Shown: positions 12,909 to 25,946, counted from the first letter of the stretch. The stretch: 64,000 nt of DNA from Malacoraja senta (GCA_038087875.1 JAXLNO010002298.1:1-64000), one strand, 5' to 3'. Notes: generated by a model from the letters alone, not told the origin. Numbers and translations are program-made.

Positions 12909-13358
12909 ATTTCCTAGTCAATCTAAATTGAATACTTTTTTCCCATTTCGCTGACAACGTCCTGGGACCGTTTGAGAATATTGAATGTCTCTTGCCATTC
13001 TGTTGCCTTCTCTGTTCATTGACTCACTAGCGAGGTCTGATTGAGTTGAGAATATTTTACCGAGTGGTAGGAGGTAATTGAGTCAAACATTAAAAAAGGC
13101 GGAGTTCAGATGAATGATTTGGGACAAGGCAAACCGATAGCGGTTGAATATGGTGGTGAAATCCCAAATTACTGAAGTGACAATATTCTAGCGGCAGAGT
13201 CCACCAAGCGAATGCATTTTCCCCTTGTAATTGTGTGCGGCCAATTCTAAAGTGACCCGGGGTCAGGAGTTTCAAACTGGCTGTACTCAATACAACATTT
13301 GCCAACTACCAATTTACTGATCCTTAGTCTAAAACTGCACCTTATTTCCAAACAGAGA

Positions 13359-13455
13359 ATGCACAAAATGAGGCCGAGGTTTCTCTGCAGCAGTTTGCCA
13401 GTTGGTTTGATGTTCGGTTTCTTTGTTTTCCTGCTTCGACCAGTTTCCACACAGA
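13359..13455 (+). CDS. Signal-peptide exon of the multi-Ig receptor: MHKMRPRFLCSSLPVGLMFGFFVFLLRPVSTQ
   Basis: ATG at 13359 (alternative 13368), basic n-region and hydrophobic core, phase-1 donor CAGA|GTAAGT matching the phase-1 Ig exons downstream. Confidence 0.8.
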
Positions 13456-13589
13456 GTAAGTGCTTTCTCTTCGCCGGTCACAATCACGTTGCATTAATTA
13501 TCATTGTCCGTGTAAACCCGCACCCATTGTCAATCTCGCTTTCCTCTCCACATCCCTGAATGTCCTGCAGCCTCACAAATCCACGCCAT

Positions 13590-13830
13590 CCTTGCTGGAC
13601 CTCCATTTCTGAGACCATCCCATCAACTCCCTCTCCTTCTCCAGCACCGACACGGTCCTTATCAAAGTCAGAAATGGCCTCCTGTGAGCTTGTTGTAGAG
13701 TTAAACTCTCCCTCCTCATCCCGCTCAGCCTCTGCAGCCTTTGACACGGTTATCCACACAATCCTTCCCAGCATCTCCTCACCACAGTCCAGGTGGGTGG
13801 AACTGCCCTCGACTTATCGATCCAGTCGCA
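13590..13830 (+). mobile_element. Degenerate L2-clade LINE RT fragment
   Basis: STDTVLIKV...KLSLLI.L.LSAAFDTV.HTIL-like translation; similarity may extend over ~13500-14080. Confidence 0.55.
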
Positions 13831-14175
13831 GCCCGAGAACCACGCACAATGTCTTCACTTCACGCTCCCACAAAGTTCCTTCAAAACCAGGTGCAGTTCC
13901 TCCACTACCCTCAACACAACCCCCTATCCCCACCTCCGTCTCCCTCCCTCCCACTCACTCACTTCTCTCATGTGATGAAATATCCCTGCATCAATCAGGC
14001 CAGGTTATTCCAGACAGACATCTCTTCACAAACCGTGTCTTCCTCGCTGGGGTTTCCAAGGAAGATCACAACTGTCTGGAATTAAATTCACTTCAAAATT
14101 AATGATTACAGATATGGGGTGGGTGGGGAAAATGTGTTTTAAATGTTAATTCTTCATTGTTCGTATTCGCAACAG

Positions 14176-14517
14176 AAAACAGAAATCGAATGTATTTCTT
14201 GGATAACCGAAACGACATTGTGTTAAACGGAACAGACAATTCTGAGAAAGACACTGTTGTTGTCTGGAAATGGAAACCACACTCAGGGAAGAAAATCGGA
14301 AAATTGTCGACTTTTAGAAGAACGGGGGGCGATTGGATCAATGAGAAGGCCGCTGGCGAGAGTAAAGTGGACTTGTATCCGGAGATGAAAGTGAATTCCC
14401 GTACCCTTGATCTGACAATTGATAAACCCACATTTAAATGGGCGGGAATTTTCACTTTGGCTCAAACAGAACCGAGAAAGCAAATCCTGAAACAATATGA
14501 AATATTTGGGATGAAAG
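14176..14517 (+). CDS. Ig exon D1: cysteine-free V-like domain (type V'a), intact
   Basis: Acceptor TTCGCAACAG|, donor AAAG|GTGAGT, 342 nt, phase 1/1, open frame (..VVVWKWKPHSG..TLDLTIDKPTFKWAGIFT..); homologous to 25602-25946. Confidence 0.85.
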
Positions 14518-15149
14518 GTGAGTGGGTGCGATAAGGATCAATAATGTTTAATTTATCTCTGTAAATATTGTCACCTATAATGATGAGAGATGGCGGGAAT
14601 TGTGAGACTTCGTCCACCCGGTGAAAAGTTAAACAACTGGGGAAGTGTTTTTGTTCATTGATTCTGTAATGATCAGCAGGGGTGATAATAGTTTGATGAC
14701 TTCACTGGGAACAGCAAATCAACGAATCGACCCGCAGCGAATACCATGGTCTTCTTGCCGGCACACGGTAAGGTGATCGCGGCAAGGTGGTATGAAACCA
14801 ATGTCTCCGTGCAGTGGCCCCGGGGTGACATTGCTACTTAATGTTACCCTGTGACCAGGTGGATGGAAGTCCATCGCCTGTGGAACATGGGCTCTGCCAT
14901 AGAGTTCAGCTCTTGAGAGCAATCAGATACACCTAGAAGGAGTGGAAATAGATGCATTTTCAACAGTTTGTGAATATTTGAAACAGAACATGTGTAAATA
15001 CAACAACGCCTGAATGTTGCCGGTTCCACCTGCATTCCCACGGTGAACAGCCGGCATTTCACTGCGTCAATGTGACCAGCCACGGGTGTCAGGAGTCTGA
15101 GAGCACTGGGGGAGAAGTTGTTCTGACTTTCAGCTAGGCTGTCAGCTTT

Positions 15150-17156
15150 AAGCCCGGTTATTGGATGAACCATGACATCCGCACTCTTCTGAAGTCCAGA
15201 TCCCGGGCATTCAGGTCTGGAGATGCAGAGGTGTACAAGAAGTTCAGATACGACCTTGGTAAGGCCATCAAAAGTCCAAAAGGGACTTCTGCTCCAAGCT
15301 GGAGGATGAGACGGATGTTCGGCAACTGTGGTAGGGCTTGAATGCAATCACCTCCTATAAAGGCAAAATCAGGAGGTATCTCAAATGTCAGCGAGACATC
15401 ACTCCCTGACGAGCTCAATGCGTTCTATGCACGCTTTGATAGGCAGAACACCGATGTGCCTTCCCGAGCCCCCATTCGCTGTGATGGTATTTCAGTCTCA
15501 GTCACAGAGGCCAACGTCAGGAAATCCTTCAGAGGGGTGAACCCTCGAAAAGCGCCTGGACCTGATGGTATACCTGGTCGTGTTCTAAAAACCTGTGTGG
15601 ACCAACTGGCTGGAGTTTTTACGGATATTATCAACCTCTCACTTCTGAGGTCTGAGGTTCCCACCTGCTTTAAAAGGGCATCAATTATACCAGTGCCCAA
15701 GAAGAGCAAGGTGACGTGCCTCAATGACTATCGACCTGTGGCACTAACGCCTGTGGTGATGAAGTGCTTTGAAAGGTTGATCATGGCGCAAATCAACTCC
15801 TACCTCGACAAACACCTGGACCCACTGCAGTTCGCTTACCGCCACAACAGATCAACGGTGGATGCGATCTCGCTGGCCCTCCACTCCGCTCTGGACCACT
15901 TGGAGAACAAAAACTCATATGTCAGGCTGTTATTCATTGATTACAGCTCGGCATTTAACACAATCATCCCCTCCAAGCTGGTTGCCAAATTCTCTTATCT
16001 GGGTCTCTGCGCATCCCTCTGCAATTGGATCCTCGACTGCCTCATTCACAGACCACAGTCTGTTCGTATTGATGGAAATGTGTCAGACTCGATAACAATC
16101 AGCACGGGAGCACCTCAAGGCTGCGTGCTTAGCCCCCTGCCGTACTCACTCTATACTAATGACTGCGTAGCCGGACATAGTGCGAACTCCATCATCAAGT
16201 TCGCCGACAACACCACTGTTGTGGGACGTATCACTGATAGGGACGAGTCAGAGTATAGAAGAGAGATCGAGCAAATGACCAAATGGTGCCAGCACAATAA
16301 CCTGGCCCTCAACACCAGCAAAACCAAGGAACTGATTGTGGACTTCGGAAGGGGTAGGATGGGGACCCACAGTCTCGTTTATATCAACGGGTCGATAGTG
16401 AAAAGGGTCAAGAGCTTCAAATTCCTGGGCGTGCATATTTCTGAAGATCTCTCCTGGTCCCAGAACACTAATGCAATTATAAAGTAAGTACATCAGCGCC
16501 TCTACTTCCTGAGATGATTACGGAGAGTCGGTTTGTCAAGGAGGACTCTCTCGAACTTCTACAGGTGCACAGTAGAGAGCATGCTGACCGGTTGCATCGT
16601 GGCTTGGTTCGGCAACTTGAGCGCCCAGGAGCGGAAAAGACTACAAAAAGTAGTAAACACTGCCCAGTCCATCATCGGCTCTGACCTCCCTTCCATCGAG
16701 GGGATCTATCGCAGTCGCTGCCTCAAAAAGCCTGGCAGCATCATCAAGGACCCACACCATCCTGGCCACACACTCATCTCCCCGCTACCTTCAGGTAGAA
16801 GGTACAGGACCCTGAAATCTGCAACATCCAGGTTCAGGAACAGCTACTTCCCAACAGCCATCAGCCTATTAAACTCAACTTCAAACAAACTCTGAATTAT
16901 AACAGCCTATTACACTTTATCAGTTTATTTATGTGTGTTGCACTTTATCTGTTTATTTAATCAGACTATTAAACACAACTTCAAACAAACTCTGAATTAT
17001 AACAGCCTATTGCACTTTATCTGTTTATTTATGTGTGTATGTATATATATTCTGTGGTACATGGACACACTGATCTGATCTGTATTTATGCCTACAATGT
17101 TCTGTTGTGCTGCAGCAAGCAAGAATGTCATTGTCCTATCTGGGACTTGCCTTGTA
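15150..17156 (+). mobile_element. 5'-truncated Rex1/Babar LINE with RT ORF remnant (15342-16487), inactive
   Basis: Motifs [40 protein letters not shown] (catalytic DD changed to DN); in-frame stops; (CTTGA)n-type tail. Confidence 0.9.
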
Positions 17157-17200
17157 CAAACCACTACTCACTCTGAATCTCATTGATCTGTTTTTCACAG

Positions 17201-17470
17201 TTGAGGCAAGTCCACAGAGGCCTCTGCTGGGCAGTGATGTCACACTCAGCTGCACCATCTCCAGACTTTCAGATACAGTCAGTCTTCACTGGAGACCCAT
17301 GGACTCATCCCAGCAGAACAGGAGCAACACTGATCAGATCCGCCTGGATAACACGGTCTATCTGATGGTTCAACACGTTACAGTGGAGGATGGGAAGCTG
17401 TATGTGTGTGATGTGCAGGAAAACGGAAACATTGTTCACACAAGTAATGGAGATTTTACTGTAGACAACA
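17201..17470 (+). CDS. Ig exon D2: C2-type domain (C2a copy 1), intact
   Basis: TTTTTCACAG| ... AACA|GTGAGT, 270 nt; VTLSC...LHW...LYVC. Confidence 0.9.
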
Positions 17471-18510
17471 GTGAGTGTAAACACCTCCCATTGGATATCA
17501 AGTAGACTCTTGTATCACGGTGCTTCTTGTAATATTATGTGTGCGCCCTGTGAAGAACTGTGGCAGTGACCAACTGCTCTCCAGTATAAAATGCTGCAAT
17601 GAACAGGGAGAAGTTTACAGATAGTCTCTCTGTGGAGCAACTGCCTGCTTGTCTCTGTGTGACAGACACACAGCACAGGAGGGGGTAACCATTGTTCAGT
17701 AAAGTATTTTGTCAGTTTATCTTGCCATCAATGCTCCAGTATCTGGGACTGAGATACTGATACAGGACTCGCGTCAAAGTGTCAGATAGAAAGTGTAGTC
17801 ACCATGACAACCACCAGCGCTTGCTGCTCACACTCACACTGGGGGTCCCGGCCCACACATCAGCACTGAACAACAATCCATCCCCTCTCCCCTCACTGAC
17901 CCTTCTCTCCGAGTCTGGTGTTGCTTGAAGTGATTCCAGCTGCTGCAGACTCTGGCTTCGAATCAGCATTCAGCTGGGAGCAGGACCCGGGAACAGGGAA
18001 GGACAGGGAATCAATGGGTGTGAATGGGAGAGGGATGGTGGGAATAATGGGAATGAAGGGACGTGAAGACCCGACCCACTTGAAGTGCCAACCTGTCCAG
18101 GTCAGTCCCCGCGCAGGCATCCTCTGGGCTGCTTCTGTCCGCAGCCTGAACCTGCATCACCTCCTGCAGACAGACTGACAGAGATATTCACCTCCCAGAC
18201 CGCTCTCGGGAGTCTCCGGGAGGTTTCATTCCATCCCGGGAGATTCCCGGACAGTCCGGGTGTGGGGGCAAACCTAATGTTGAAATGTAGAGTGGAATAT
18301 CCAAACTTCACTGCAATTTACTGCCGTACAGGACATTGTATTTTATAAACATCTGATGAGTTTAGTGCGGCATTCATGAAAGATGTTACATTTGAAACTT
18401 GATCAGCTGAACAAAACACCACGAATGTTTATAAGAATACGGTTGAGAATCTCTGTATGGCACGGTAACTGTAATACTGAAAGGGGTTATCCTCTGTCTC
18501 TCTGATACAG

Positions 18511-18852
18511 ATTTATATAATGGGAGATACACACTTTACCGCTCCAGCACAGATCACAGTGAACTTCACGTGGTTTGTGATAATAGTTATGGTGATGGCT
18601 ATTCCCGTGCTCAGTGGACATGGGCACCTCTTCACCTTCAAAAGCAGAAAGTAATAGCATCTGCAGAACGTTCTCAGCCCATCAATGTCAATGGGACCGA
18701 CTTCGGGAATCGACTGGTTACCTCAGGGAAACCCTTCGATGGCAAGGATTTCAGTGTGAGCATTGTCCCCGTTTTGTTTCAAGATGCCGGAGTTTACACA
18801 TGTTATCTGGAATCAAATCCTTTTTTCGCCATTGATCTAATCACAGTGAAAG
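18511..18852 (+). CDS. Ig exon D3: V-type domain (V copy 1), intact
   Basis: CTGATACAG| ... AAAG|GTAGGA, 342 nt; C..QWTW..RL..DFSVSI..DAGVYTC. Confidence 0.92.
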
Positions 18853-18930
18853 GTAGGAGACAGAATGTTGCCACTGAGTTTAATGATGAACTTATTGTTT
18901 AAAATGTAAACAACCTGCTTGTTTCCACAG

Positions 18931-19191
18931 TCACAGCTGAACCGTCTGATGCAGTGACTGAGGGAGACACCGTTACCCTGACCTGCTCTGTGTCTCACGT
19001 CATTGGGTCAATGAGACTGGTTTGGATCAATGGCGATGGCAAAAGTGTTGGAGAAAAGACACTGACTGTGGAAGAGAAATCACGGAGTCTGTTTATTCAG
19101 TAAGCTGAGAGAGGCAGAGGGAACTGGAGATGTGGTTTGTTTCATCAAGACCTGCCCCGGCTTTTTGTCCCGTACTATCTGGAGCCCCGTG
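18931..19191 (+). pseudogene. Ig exon C2b copy 1 (WRC-type C2) with premature stop
   Basis: Splice sites intact, but in-frame TAA at 19101-19103 where copy 2 has AAA. Confidence 0.9.
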
Positions 19192-20188
19192 GTAAGTGAT
19201 AAGGGTTTGTTCTTCATACTTAGAGTCATGATTGAGTTTTGATGTCGCTTATTGATCCTGAAATTTGACTGCAATATTTTCTTCCAGTTTGAGTGGTCTA
19301 ACTATGTTATGAATACCGAATTCTCAAATTTCAAATAACACTTCCCGAACACCACTTCTCCCCCCCCTTCATTGTGCACGCATTTATCCCACCACCCAGT
19401 TATCCTATTCTCTTCCCTTCCTCTTTCAACTCATTTTCTCCCCCTTCCAATTGCAGTTTTCCTTTTATGTTCTTGCTCCACTTCCACCCATATCACTCCC
19501 TCTGTTACTGATCTGACTGTAGATCAGTCATTATTAGTTGACCTGATCTATGTCATGTTTTGCTGTGTACTCAAACAGTCATCATATTATCTAGTCTGTT
19601 AGTCCAGCCTCTAGTTAGATTCGTTGCTGAGCTTGAGTTTACAACACCTAAGTATTTGAGCTCTGTGTGTTTACTATAACAAACTACTTCTTCTTATGTA
19701 TGGATCCTGTTATTACACATGTTTTTACTGACAACCTTTTGTCTCCATTTCACCCCTCCATTTTGTCATTATCTCCATCCATCTACTCATCACCATTCCC
19801 CACCTGTATCCACCTATCACTCACCATGCTTTGTCTCATGCCTACTTCCCTTCCCCAGTTGTCACTCTCCCATTCCATCAGCCTGAGAATGCATCCTAAC
19901 ATGAAACGTCATCAATCCATTCCCTCCACAGATGCTGCCTGACCCATTGAGTTTCTCCAACACTTTGCGTTTGATCAACATTCCACAATCTGCAGTTTCT
20001 TGTGTCTCCATGGAGACCCACTGGTCAACGTGGACAGATTGCTGCAGAGGGCCTGTTTCCATGCTGTTCTATGATGATGAATTATAACGTACAACTTAGT
20101 AAAGATTAATTATCTGCAATATTGCTAATGACAAGGTCAGTGAAAAATTATTGTCCAACATTTACTAATTTATTCTCTTTTCCTACAG

Positions 20189-20532
20189 GAAGTGGACATT
20201 CTATTTACTTTTTCCATCAGGAAGGCAACTTTGTATTGAAAGGACCAGACAGTCCTGGAAATGACCCCATTGACTTGGAATGGAGGCCACACTCAGAGCA
20301 ACAAACCACAAAGCGATTGGCTCTTTCCGCAGAGAAGATCAGCAGTGGGCCGTACAATGGAGTGATGAGTAAAATCAAATACCAGGCATCTCACAGAGGA
20401 TGCATGCGGACTGGGGTACCCTTAATCTGAGGATCAGGATGCCCATATTCAAACTTGCGGGACTGTTCACCTGGAATCAGACACAGCCCGCTGGGAAAAC
20501 CCTGAGACAGTGGGAACTATTTGGGATTAAAG
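20189..20532 (+). pseudogene. Ig exon V'b copy 1 (Cys-free V-like) with 1-nt deletion
   Basis: 344 nt versus 345 nt in copy 2; TTGGCT-CTTTCC versus TTGGCCACTTTCC near 20321. Confidence 0.9.
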
Positions 20533-20689
20533 GTAATAGAGTCATGGTGTGACACAGCACTGAATCAGGCCCTTTGGCCCAATTCATCCATACTGACTAA
20601 CTACCCATCTAAACATCCAATTTGCCCTCATTTGACCCTTATCCCTTCAAACTTTTTTCCCATATACCTGTGTAAATGCCCTTTATGGA

Positions 20690-21230
20690 ATGGAGCAGGA
20701 ATATGCTGATATTCCCCGACACTGGCGCTGGGAAAACTGTTCCCGGATCCGATGCCTGCAGGGGTGGAGACTCTTCAGGAATCAAAACTAATCGTTACTG
20801 TAGAATTAGACTCTTTCATGATAAAACAAATGAAATATTCAATATTAATAAATGTGTTTACTTCTAAAAGTTGGTGCCACTCAGAACCATTCCAACAGCT
20901 TGGGAGCTTTTGCAGAGGATGAACAAGGCCTTTGCCTCCTGTAGATAATTCTCCACAGGTGTAAAGGGATTGGGATTTGTTCACTGCTCCAACGTTTGCC
21001 GAGATACATTGAATGAGGTTGGATCCAACTACTTTGATCTTCATGTTTTCCACAGCGAAATCTCCATTGCAGAATATTCTAGGCTGCAGGAGTACGTGCT
21101 GAGGGACACACTGAAGATCAGTGCAGACAAAGCAAAGGCATTGTGGAATAGAACTACAGTCCATGTACCTTCTGCCACCAGTCCCCGCCGAGCTAAATCT
21201 AATGTACAAACCTCTGAAACACTCTAATTG
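20690..21230 (+). mobile_element. Degenerate Tx1/L1-type LINE ORF2 C-terminal fragment
   Basis: SEISIAEYSRLQEYVLRDTLKISADKAKALWNRTTV resembles the Tx1 ORF2 end (QDYVLRDALK...WGKTTV); recalled similarity, not a database hit. Confidence 0.5.
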
Positions 21231-21571
21231 GTATAAGCTCAGGATGCAGTATGAGTGTCAAGAGTGTTATGTGCACAAAATGTGTGAACACTGCCAAAGT
21301 GAGGATCAATAACACTATGTCTGTGTAGTCTGAACAATATCAAATTCAGATTTAGATTCATATTAGTTCATTGTCATATACATTTGGGTACAACACATTC
21401 ATTGTTCAGATAAAGTAAATTATAATAAAAGTTACATTAAAAATGCAACAAAAGCAAAACAGCAGAATGGTGCAGAGATTGCAGTGCAGTCTAAAGTATG
21501 CAAAATAAAACTAACGTTTATGAAAATGCCCAATAGGATGATGAGTGTTTGTGGCTCTGTGCTTGGGCTCT

Positions 21572-22173
21572 GGGTCCGAGAACACTGATGCTACTATTAA
21601 GAAAGCACATCAGCGCCTCTACTTCCCGAGAAGATTACGGAGAGTCGGTTTGTCAAGCAGGACTCTCTCTAACTTCTACAGGTGCACAGTATAGAGCATG
21701 CTGACCCGTTGCATCGTGGCTTGGTTCGGCAACTTGAGCGCCCTGGAGAGGAAAAGACTACAAAGAGTAGTAAACACTGCCCAGTCCATCATCGGCTCTG
21801 ACCTCCCTTCCATCGAGGGGATCTATCGCAGTCACTGCCTCAAAAAAGCTGGCAGCATCATCAAGGACCCACACCATCCTGGCCACACACTCGTCTCTCC
21901 GCTGCCATCAGGTAGAAGGTACAGGAGCCTGAAGACTGCAACGTCCAGGTTCAGGAACAGCTACTTCCCCACAGCCATCAGGCTATTAAACACAACTTCA
22001 AACAAACTGTGAACTATAACAGCCTATTGCACTTTATTTGTTTATTTATGTGTGTATGTATATATATTCTATGGTACATGGACACACTGATCTGTTCTGT
22101 ATTTATGCCTACAAGATTCTGTTGTGCTGCAGCAAGCAAGAATGACATTGTCCTATCTGGGACTTGACTTGTA
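21572..22173 (+). mobile_element. Rex1/Babar 3' part; duplicate of 16450-17156 marking the start of tandem-duplication copy 2
   Basis: Same 3' junction (CTGGGACTTG..TTGTACAAACCACTACTC) as the element at 15150-17156. Confidence 0.85.
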
Positions 22174-22217
22174 CAAACCACTACTCACTCTGAATCTCAT
22201 TGATCTGTTTTTCACAG

Positions 22218-22488
22218 TTGAAGCAAGTCCACAGAGGCCTCTGCTGGGCAGTGATGTCACACTCAGCTGCACCATATCCAGACTCTCAGATACAGTCAGT
22301 CTTCACTGGAGACCCATGGACTCATCCCAGCAGAACAGGAGCAACACTGATCAGATCCGCCTGGATAACACGGTCTATCTGATGGTTCAACACGTTACAG
22401 TGGAGGATGGGAAGCTGTTTGTGTGTGATGTGCAGGAAAACGGAAACATTGTTCACACAAGTAACTGAGATTTTTACTGTAAACAAGG
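22218..22488 (+). pseudogene. Ig exon C2a copy 2 with late stop and +1 frameshift
   Basis: TGA at 22466-22468 (GGA in copy 1) followed by an extra T; 271 nt versus 270. Confidence 0.88.
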
Positions 22489-23231
22489 GTAAGTATAAAC
22501 ACCTCCCATTGGATATCAAGTAGACACTTGTATCACGGTGCTTCTTGTAATATTATGTGTGCGCCCTGTGAAGAACTGTGGCAGTGACCAACTGCTCTCC
22601 AGTATAAAATGCTGCAATGATCAGGGAGTTTACAGAAAGTCTCTCTGTGGAGCAGCTGCCTGCTTGTCTCTGTGTAACAGACACACAGCACAGGAGTGGG
22701 ATGTCTTTCTGTAACCATTGTTCAGTAAAGTATTTTGTCAGTTTATGTTGCCATCAATGCTCCAGTATCTGAGATCAAGATACTGATACAGGACTCACGT
22801 CAAAGTGTCAGATATAAAGTGTAGTCACCATGACAACCACCAGCACTTGCTGCTCACACTCACACTGGGGGTCCCGGCCCACACATCAGCACTGAACAAC
22901 AATCCATCCCCTCTCCCCTCACTGACCCTTCTCTCCGAGTCTGGTGTTGCTTGAAGTGATTCCAGCTGCTGCATATTCGGGCTTCGGATCAGCATTCAGC
23001 TGGGAGCAGGGCCCGGGAACAGGGAAGGACAGGGAATCAATGCGTGTGAATGGGAGAGGGATGGTGGGAATAATGGGAATGAAGGGACGGAAAGACCCGA
23101 CCCACTTGAAGTGTCAACCTGTCCGGGTCAGTCCCCGCGCAGGCATCCTCTGGGCTGCTTCTGTCCGCAGCCTGAACCTGCACCACCTCCTCCAAACAGA
23201 CTGACAGAGACATTCACCTCCCATACCTCTC

Positions 23232-23605
23232 TCAAGTCAAGTCAAGTGAGTTTATTGTCATGTGTCCCTGATAGGACAATGAAATTCTTGCTTTGCTTCA
23301 GCACAACAGAACATAGTAGGCATTGACTACAAGGCATTCTGTAAATATATACACACATGAATCAATATACTGATAAAGTGCAAATAACAGTATTGGCTTA
23401 TAAAGTTCAGTGTTATGTCCGAGCCAGGTTTAATAGGCTGATGGCTGTGGGGAAGTAGCTGTTCCTGAACCTGGTCGATGCATTCTTCAGGCTACTGTAC
23501 CTTCTACCTGAAGGTAGTAGGGAGATGAGTGTGTGGCCAGGATGGCGTGGGTCCTTCATGATACTGCCAGCCTTTTTGAGGCAGCAACTGTGATAGATCC
23601 CCTCG
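23232..23605 (-). mobile_element. Rex1/Babar 3' fragment inserted only in tandem copy 2
   Basis: Reverse-complement tail TCAAGTCAAGTCAAGTGAGTTTATTGTCATGTGTCCC; absent at the paralogous site near 18205. Confidence 0.85.
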
Positions 23606-23907
23606 GGAGTCTCCGGGAGGTTTCATTCCATCCCGGGAGATTCCCGGACAGTTCGGGTGTGGGGGAGAACCTAATGTTGAAATGTAGAGTGGAATATCCA
23701 AACTTCACTGCAATTTACTGCCGTACAGGACATTGCATTTTATAAAGATCTGATGAGTTTAGTGCGGCATTCATGAAAGATGTTACATTTGAAACTTGAT
23801 CAGCTGAACAAAACACCACGAATGTTTATAAGAATACGGTTCAGAATCTCTGTATGGCACGGTAACTGTAATAGTGAAAGGAGATATCCTCTGTCACTCT
23901 GATACAG

Positions 23908-24249
23908 ATCTATATAAGAGGAGATACACACTTTACCGCTCCAGCACAGATCACAGTGAACTTCACCTGGTTTGTTCTGTGAGTTATGGTCGTAGCTATT
24001 CCAGTGCTCAGTGGACCTGGGCATCTCATCACCTTCAACAGCAGAAAGTAATAGCATCTGCAGACCGTTCTCAGCCCATCAATGTCAAAGGGACCGACTT
24101 CAGGAAACGACTGGTGACCTCAGGGAAACCCTTCGATGGCAAGGATTTCAGTGTGAGGATTGTACCCGTTTTGTTTCAAGATGCCGGAGTTTACACATGT
24201 TATCTGGAATCAAATCTATTTCCCACCATTGATCTAATCACAGTGAAAG
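23908..24249 (+). CDS. Ig exon V copy 2, intact
   Basis: CTGATACAG| ... AAAG|GTAGGA, 342 nt, open frame, both canonical Cys present. Confidence 0.92.
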
Positions 24250-24327
24250 GTAGGAGTCAGAATGTTGCCACTGAGTTTACTGATGAACTTATTGTTTAAA
24301 ATGTAAACAACCTGCTTGTTTCCACAG

Positions 24328-24588
24328 TCACAGCTGAACCGTCTGATGCAGTGACTGAGGGAGACACCGTTACCCTGACCTGCTCTGTGTCTCACGTCAT
24401 TGGGTCAATGAGACTGGTTTGGATCAATGGCGATGGCAAAAGTGTTGGGGAAATGACACTGACTGTGGAAGAGATATCACTGAGTCTGGTTATTGAGAAA
24501 GCTGAGAGAGGCAGAGGGAACTGGAGATGTGGTTTGTTTCATCAAGACCTGCCCCAGCTTTTTGTCCCGTACTATCAAGAGCCCCGTG
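24328..24588 (+). CDS. Ig exon C2b copy 2 (WRC-type C2), intact
   Basis: TTTCCACAG| ... CGTG|GTAAGT, 261 nt; VTLTC..LVW..GNWRCGLF. Confidence 0.92.
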
Positions 24589-25601
24589 GTAAGTGATAAG
24601 GGTTTGTTCTTCATACTTAGAGTCATGATTGAGTTTTGATGTCGCTTATTGATCCTGAAATTTGAGTGCAATATTTTCTTCCAGTTTGAGTGGTCTAACT
24701 CTGTTATGAATACCTTATTCTCAAATTTCAAATAACACATCCCGAACCCCACTTATCCCCCCCTTCATTGTGCACGCATTTATCCCACCACCCAGTTATC
24801 CTATTCTCTTCCCTTCCTCTTTCAACTCATTTCTCACCCTTCCAATTGCAGAGTATTCCTTTTATGTTCTTGCTCCACTTCCACCCATATCCCTCCCTCT
24901 GTTACTGATCTAACTGTAGATCAGTCAGTATTAGTTGACCTGATCTATGTCATGTTTTACTGCATGCTGCTGTGTACTCAAACAGTCATCATATTATCTA
25001 GTCTGTTAGTCCAGCCTCTAGTTAGATTCGTTGCTGAGCTTGAGCTAACAACACCTAAGTATTTGAGCTCTGTGTGTTTACTATAACAAACACCTTATTC
25101 TTATGTATGGATCCTGTTATTACACATGTTTATACTGACAACCTTTTGTCTCCATTTCACCCCTCCATTTTTTCATTATCTCCATCCATCTACTCATCAC
25201 CATCCCCCACCTGTATCCACCTATCACTCGCCATGCTTTGTCTCATGCCTACTTCCCTTCCCCAGTTGTCACTCTCCCATTCCATCAGCCTGAGAATGCA
25301 TCCTGACATGAAACGTCATCAATCCATTCCCTCCACAGATGCTGCCTGAGTTCATCTCCCTGAGTTTCTCCAACACTTAGCGTTTGATCAACATTCCACA
25401 ATCTGCAGTTTCTTGTGTCTCCATGGAGACCCACTGGTCAGCATGGGCAGATTGCTGCAGAGGGCCTGTTTCCATGCTGTTCCATGATGATGAATTATTA
25501 CGTACAACTTAGTAAAGATTAATTGTCTGCAATATTTCTAATGACAAGGTCAGTGAAAAATTATTGTCCAACATTTACACATTTGTTCTCTTTTCCTACA
25601 G

Positions 25602-25946
25602 GAAGTGGACATTATATTTACTTTTTCCATCAGGAAGGCAACTTTGTATTGAAAGGACCAGACAGTCCTGGAAATGGCCCCATTGACTTGGAATGGAGGC
25701 CACACTCAGGGCAACAAACCACAAAGCAATTGGCCACTTTCCGCAGAGCAGATCAGCAGTGGGCCGTACAATGGAGTGATGAGTACAATCAAATACCAGG
25801 CATCTCCCAGTGGATGCATGCGGACTGGGGTACCCTTAATCTGAGGATCAGGATGCCCACATTCAAATTTGCAGGACTGTTCACCTGGAATCAGACACAG
25901 CCCGCTGGGAAAATCCTGAGACAGTGGGAACTATTTGGGATCAAAG
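25602..25946 (+). CDS. Ig exon V'b copy 2 (Cys-free V-like), intact
   Basis: TTTTCCTACAG| ... AAAG|GTAATA, 345 nt, open frame. Confidence 0.9.

Noticed and set aside
15342-16487. 381-aa RT ORF as an active or domesticated gene
   Set aside because: 5'-truncated, flanked by stops, catalytic DD changed to DN; an ordinary decayed Rex1/Babar copy.
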